A stretch of 64,000 nucleotides of DNA from Squalus acanthias (lineage: Eukaryota). Shown one piece after another: positions 60,401-64,000 of this stretch. Location of the stretch: positions 128,342,001 to 128,406,000 of the forward strand of contig CM059431.1 of the NCBI GenBank assembly GCA_030390025.1, written 5' to 3'. Position numbers and translations under genes: made by a program. The stretch's first letter is position 1. Each line of letters begins with the position of its first letter. The notes beneath the pieces were generated by a model. That model was not told where the DNA came from. It made no database searches and saw nothing but the letters and a program-made list of their open reading frames with translations.

Positions 60401-61790
60401 TGCTTCTGGTATATGCCTCAGTTGAGGAAGCGCTCAGTCAAGGTGGGGAGAGGGATTTCCCAGGAGGTCAAACTGGAGATGGGTGTCAGGCTCCAAACTT
60501 CCACATCAATGAGTATGCCTGCTAAAAGTTCCCCCAGACCTGAGACAACAAAGTTCTGCCACCTGCAAATGATCATTGGTGAAAACTCCTTTTTAATGGT
60601 GGAGCTGCAGCTGTGAGTAAGCAATCCACTTGTGAGGCCGCCAGGATTAACTGGCGTGTTCCAGAGGAGACGTGCAGGACGGGGGACATGTGTTAAAATC
60701 AGAAAGGTCTCTAAAAATGGGATTATAGAGGCAATTAACTGGTTGTTAAGGGCCTTAAGGGCCTATTCCGCCTCTTGGAGGTGGGATGGAAACGGGGTCT
60801 GAAACCCCGATTCTGGGAAAAATTGCTCGGAGGCGGGATGGAGGTGGGATCAGAGCCGCCTGCTATTTTTTGTGATTTTAGCACCTCACACGCCTCCAAT
60901 CCCGCCTCCTCAAGCCTGGCAAAATCGAGCCCATTGAGTGAGTGGGCAAATACATGGCAGATGCAGTATAACGTGGATAAATGTGAAGTTATCCACTTGG
61001 GTAGGAAAAACAGGAAGGCAGAATATTATTTAAATAGTGATAGATTGGGAAATGTTGATGTATAAAGGGTGTCCTTGTACACCAGTCACTGAAAGCAAAC
61101 ATGCAGGTGCAGCAAACAATTAGGAAGGCAAATGGTATGTTGGCCTTCATTGCAAGAGGATTTGAGTACAGGAGCAAGGATGTCTTACTACAGTTATACA
61201 GGGCCTTGGTGAGACCACACCTGGAGTGCTGTGTGCAGTTTTGATCTCCTTACCTAAGAAAGGATATACTTGTCATAGAGGGAGTGCAGCGAAGTTTTAC
61301 CAGACTGATTCCTGGGATTGCAGGACTGTCGTATGAGGAGAGATTGGGTCGACTAGGCATGTATTCACTAGAGTTTCGAAGAATGAGAGGGGAGCTCATT
61401 GAAACGTATAAAATTCTGACAGGGCTAGACAGACTGGATGCAGGGAGGATGTTTCCCCTGGCTGGGGGGGTCTAGAATGAGGGGTCACAGTCTCAGGATA
61501 CGGAGTAGGACATTAGGACTGAGATGAGAAGAAATTTCTTCACTCAGAGGGTGGTGAATCTATAGAATTCCCTACCACAGAAAGCTGTGGAGGCCAAGTC
61601 ACTGAATATATTTAAGAAGGAGATAGATAGATTTCTAGATGCAAAAGGCGTCAAGGGGTATGGGGAGAGTGCGGGAATATGGTATTGAGATAGAGGATCA
61701 GCCATGATCATATTGAATGGCGGAGCAGGCTAGAAGGGCCGAATGGCCTACTCCTGCTCCTATTTTTCTATGTTTCTATGTTTCTTATGC
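57405..61790 (+). mobile_element. CR1 RT 3' half split by a Harbinger
   Basis: [14 protein letters not shown] to 57703; resumes at 60933 (LSEWANTWQM); (tttctatg)n tail. Confidence 0.9.
57704..60932 (+). mobile_element. Non-autonomous Harbinger retaining a 3-exon Myb/SANT gene
   Basis: Perfect 16-bp TIR gggctcgattttgcca; flanks gtt/att; GT-AG exons 57983-58222, 58542-58701 and 58858-~59915; transposase largely deleted. Confidence 0.9.
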
Positions 61791-62089
61791 CCTCTCCCCT
61801 GTATTGCTTTGGTACAGTTCTCCTGCCCTGGACAGTCGAATTGATCAGTCCGACTTTCCTGAAACCTCCACTTTATGTGAACTGTTTTTATTATCTCTAA
61901 ACTACCACACAATCTCCTCCTGGCTGGCTTACCAGATTGTAAGACATTGAGAAAGAAACTAAACCAAAATGGTTGTGGTAATTAAAGAGTTTTATTTAGT
62001 ACAATACATAGCACAGTTAAAAAGTCAGGTTGCTTAACATCTAAGGCAATAGTTTTCTTTTGAGCTTTTGTGTGTTGTACCTTTAATAA

Positions 62090-62750
62090 GGATATTGTAG
62101 ATGGAATACAATGTGGAGAAGTGTGGAAATTATCCACTTTGTTAGGAAAAATAGAAAAGCAGAATATGTTTAAATTGGTGAGAGACTGGGAATTCAGAGG
62201 GATCTGGATGTCCTTGTACACGAATCACAGAAAGTTAACATGCACGTACAGCAAGCAATTAGGAAAGCAAATAGTATGTTAGCCTATATTACAAACAGAT
62301 TGGAGTAAAAGAATAGGGAAGTCTTACTACAGTTATACAGGGCCTTGGTGAGATCACACCTGGAGTACTGTGTGCAGTTTTGGTCTCCTTACCTATGGAA
62401 GGATATATTTGCCTTTGAGGGAGTGCAATGAAGGTTCATTAGACTGATTCCTGGGATGAGGGGATTGTCCTGTGGAGAGATTGAGTAGACTAGGCTTATA
62501 TTCTCTAGAGTTTAGGAGAATGAGAGGTGATCTGATTGAAATATAAAAAATTCTTAAGGGGCTTGACAGGGTAGATGCTGGGAGGATGTTTCCCATGACT
62601 GGGGAGTCTAGAACTGGCGGTCACAGTCTCAGAATAAGGGGTTGGCCATTTAGGACTAAGTTGAGGAGAAATTTCTTCACGCAAAGGGTGGAGCATCTTT
62701 GGAATTATCTACACCAGAGGGCTGTGGATACTCAGTCGATGAGTATATTC
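62090..62750 (+). mobile_element. Decayed CR1 fragment
   Basis: Similar to 60933-61620. Confidence 0.85.
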
Positions 62751-62751
62751 A

Positions 62752-63485
62752 TAGACTCATAGAATCATAGAATGGTTACAGCACAGTAGGAGGCCATTCA
62801 GCCCGTCGAGCCCGTGCCGGCTCTCTGCAAGAGCAATTCGGCTAGTCCCACACCCCCGCCCTTTTCCGTAGCCTTGCAATTTTTTTTCCTTCAGGTACAA
62901 TTCCCTTTTGAAAGCCATGATTGAATCTGCCTCCACTACCCTTTCAGGCAGTGCATTCCAGATCATAACCACTCGCAGTGTAAATTTTTTTTTCCTCATG
63001 TCGCCTTTGGATCTTCTGCCAATCACCTTAAATCTGTGTCCTCTGGTTCTCGACCCTTCCACCAATGGGAACAGTTTATCTCTATCTACTCTGTCTAGAC
63101 CCCTCACGATTTTGAACACATCTATCAAATCTCCTCTCAATCTTCTCTGCTCCAAGGAGAACAACCCCAGCTTCTCCAATCTATCCACATAACTGAAGTC
63201 CCTCATCCCTGGAACCATTCTTGTAAATCTTTCCTGCACCCTCTCTAAGGCCTTCACATCCTTCCTAAAATGTGGTGCCCAGAATTGGACACAATACTCC
63301 AGTTGTGGCTGAACCAGTGTTTTATACAGGTTCCTCATAACTTCCTTGCTTTTGTATTCTATGCCTCTATTTATAAAGCCCAGGAACCCGTATGCTTTTT
63401 TAACCGCTTTCTCAACCTGCCCTGCCACCTTCAACGATTTGTGCACATATACCCCCGGTCTCTCTGTTCCTGCACCCTCTTTCCA
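62752..63485 (-). mobile_element. CR1 3' fragment
   Basis: ORF 62757-63488; catagaat tail. Confidence 0.9.
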
Positions 63486-63840
63486 CATAATAGGCTTGTC
63501 AGCAAAGTTGAAGCCTATGGAATAAAAGGGACATTGGCAGCATGGATACGAAATTGGCTAAGTGACAGGAAACAGAGAGTAGTGGTGAACGGTTGTTTTT
63601 CAGACTGGAGGAAGATATACAGTGTTCCCCAGGGACCGGTACTAGGAGCACTGCTTTTCTTAATATTTTCAAGACTGAGAGTGATAGATTTTTGAGCACT
63701 AAGGGAATCAAGAGATATGGGGATAGGACGGGAAAGTGGACTTGATATAAATGTTCAGCCATGATCTTACTAATGGCGAAGCAAGCTCGAAAGGTCATAT
63801 GGCCTACTGCTGCTCCTATTTTTTTATGTTCTTATGTTCT
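63480..63840 (+). mobile_element. Internally deleted CR1 fragment
   Basis: WIRNWLSDRKQRVVV..PQG joined directly to the 3'UTR and tail. Confidence 0.75.
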
Positions 63841-64000
63841 CAATAGTCTTAGTAATGTCCTTCTAATGTGATGATCAACACATTCTCGTTATTTTTATTT
63901 AATACGTAACTGGTTAACCGATTAAACCACCTTGTAAATTCTCTTCAGTGAGTCTGCACGACATTATCTGGTCTTTGTCCATTGTTACTTTCACGTTTTG

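Overview
Eukaryotic, not microbial, DNA: an almost entirely transposon-derived vertebrate region, most likely from a cartilaginous fish (inferred from Deu-domain SINEs and the CR1/L2/Penelope/Harbinger repertoire; not proven). It is a deeply nested pile of CR1 and L2 LINEs, PIF/Harbinger DNA transposons (DDE transposase plus Myb/SANT gene) and their MITEs, Penelope-like elements with minimal hammerhead ribozyme motifs, and three ~1-1.1 kb solo LTRs. Most notable: two related, decayed minus-strand endogenous retroviruses (44944-49070 and ~50320-57380). Pol has the tether-plus-second-RNase-H layout and an HHCC/DDE/GPx integrase. Env looks like a paramyxo/pneumovirus F-type fusion protein, consistent with lokiretroviruses, and in both copies is preceded by an apparent immunoglobulin-like domain. 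Also present: a ~1.2 kb near-perfect Penelope hairpin, a 3.2 kb frame-preserving minisatellite inside a Harbinger transposase acidic tail, and two candidate host exons in the only largely unique island (~22.5-27.7 kb). No intact host gene could be named. All family calls come from motif recognition by eye; no searches were run.
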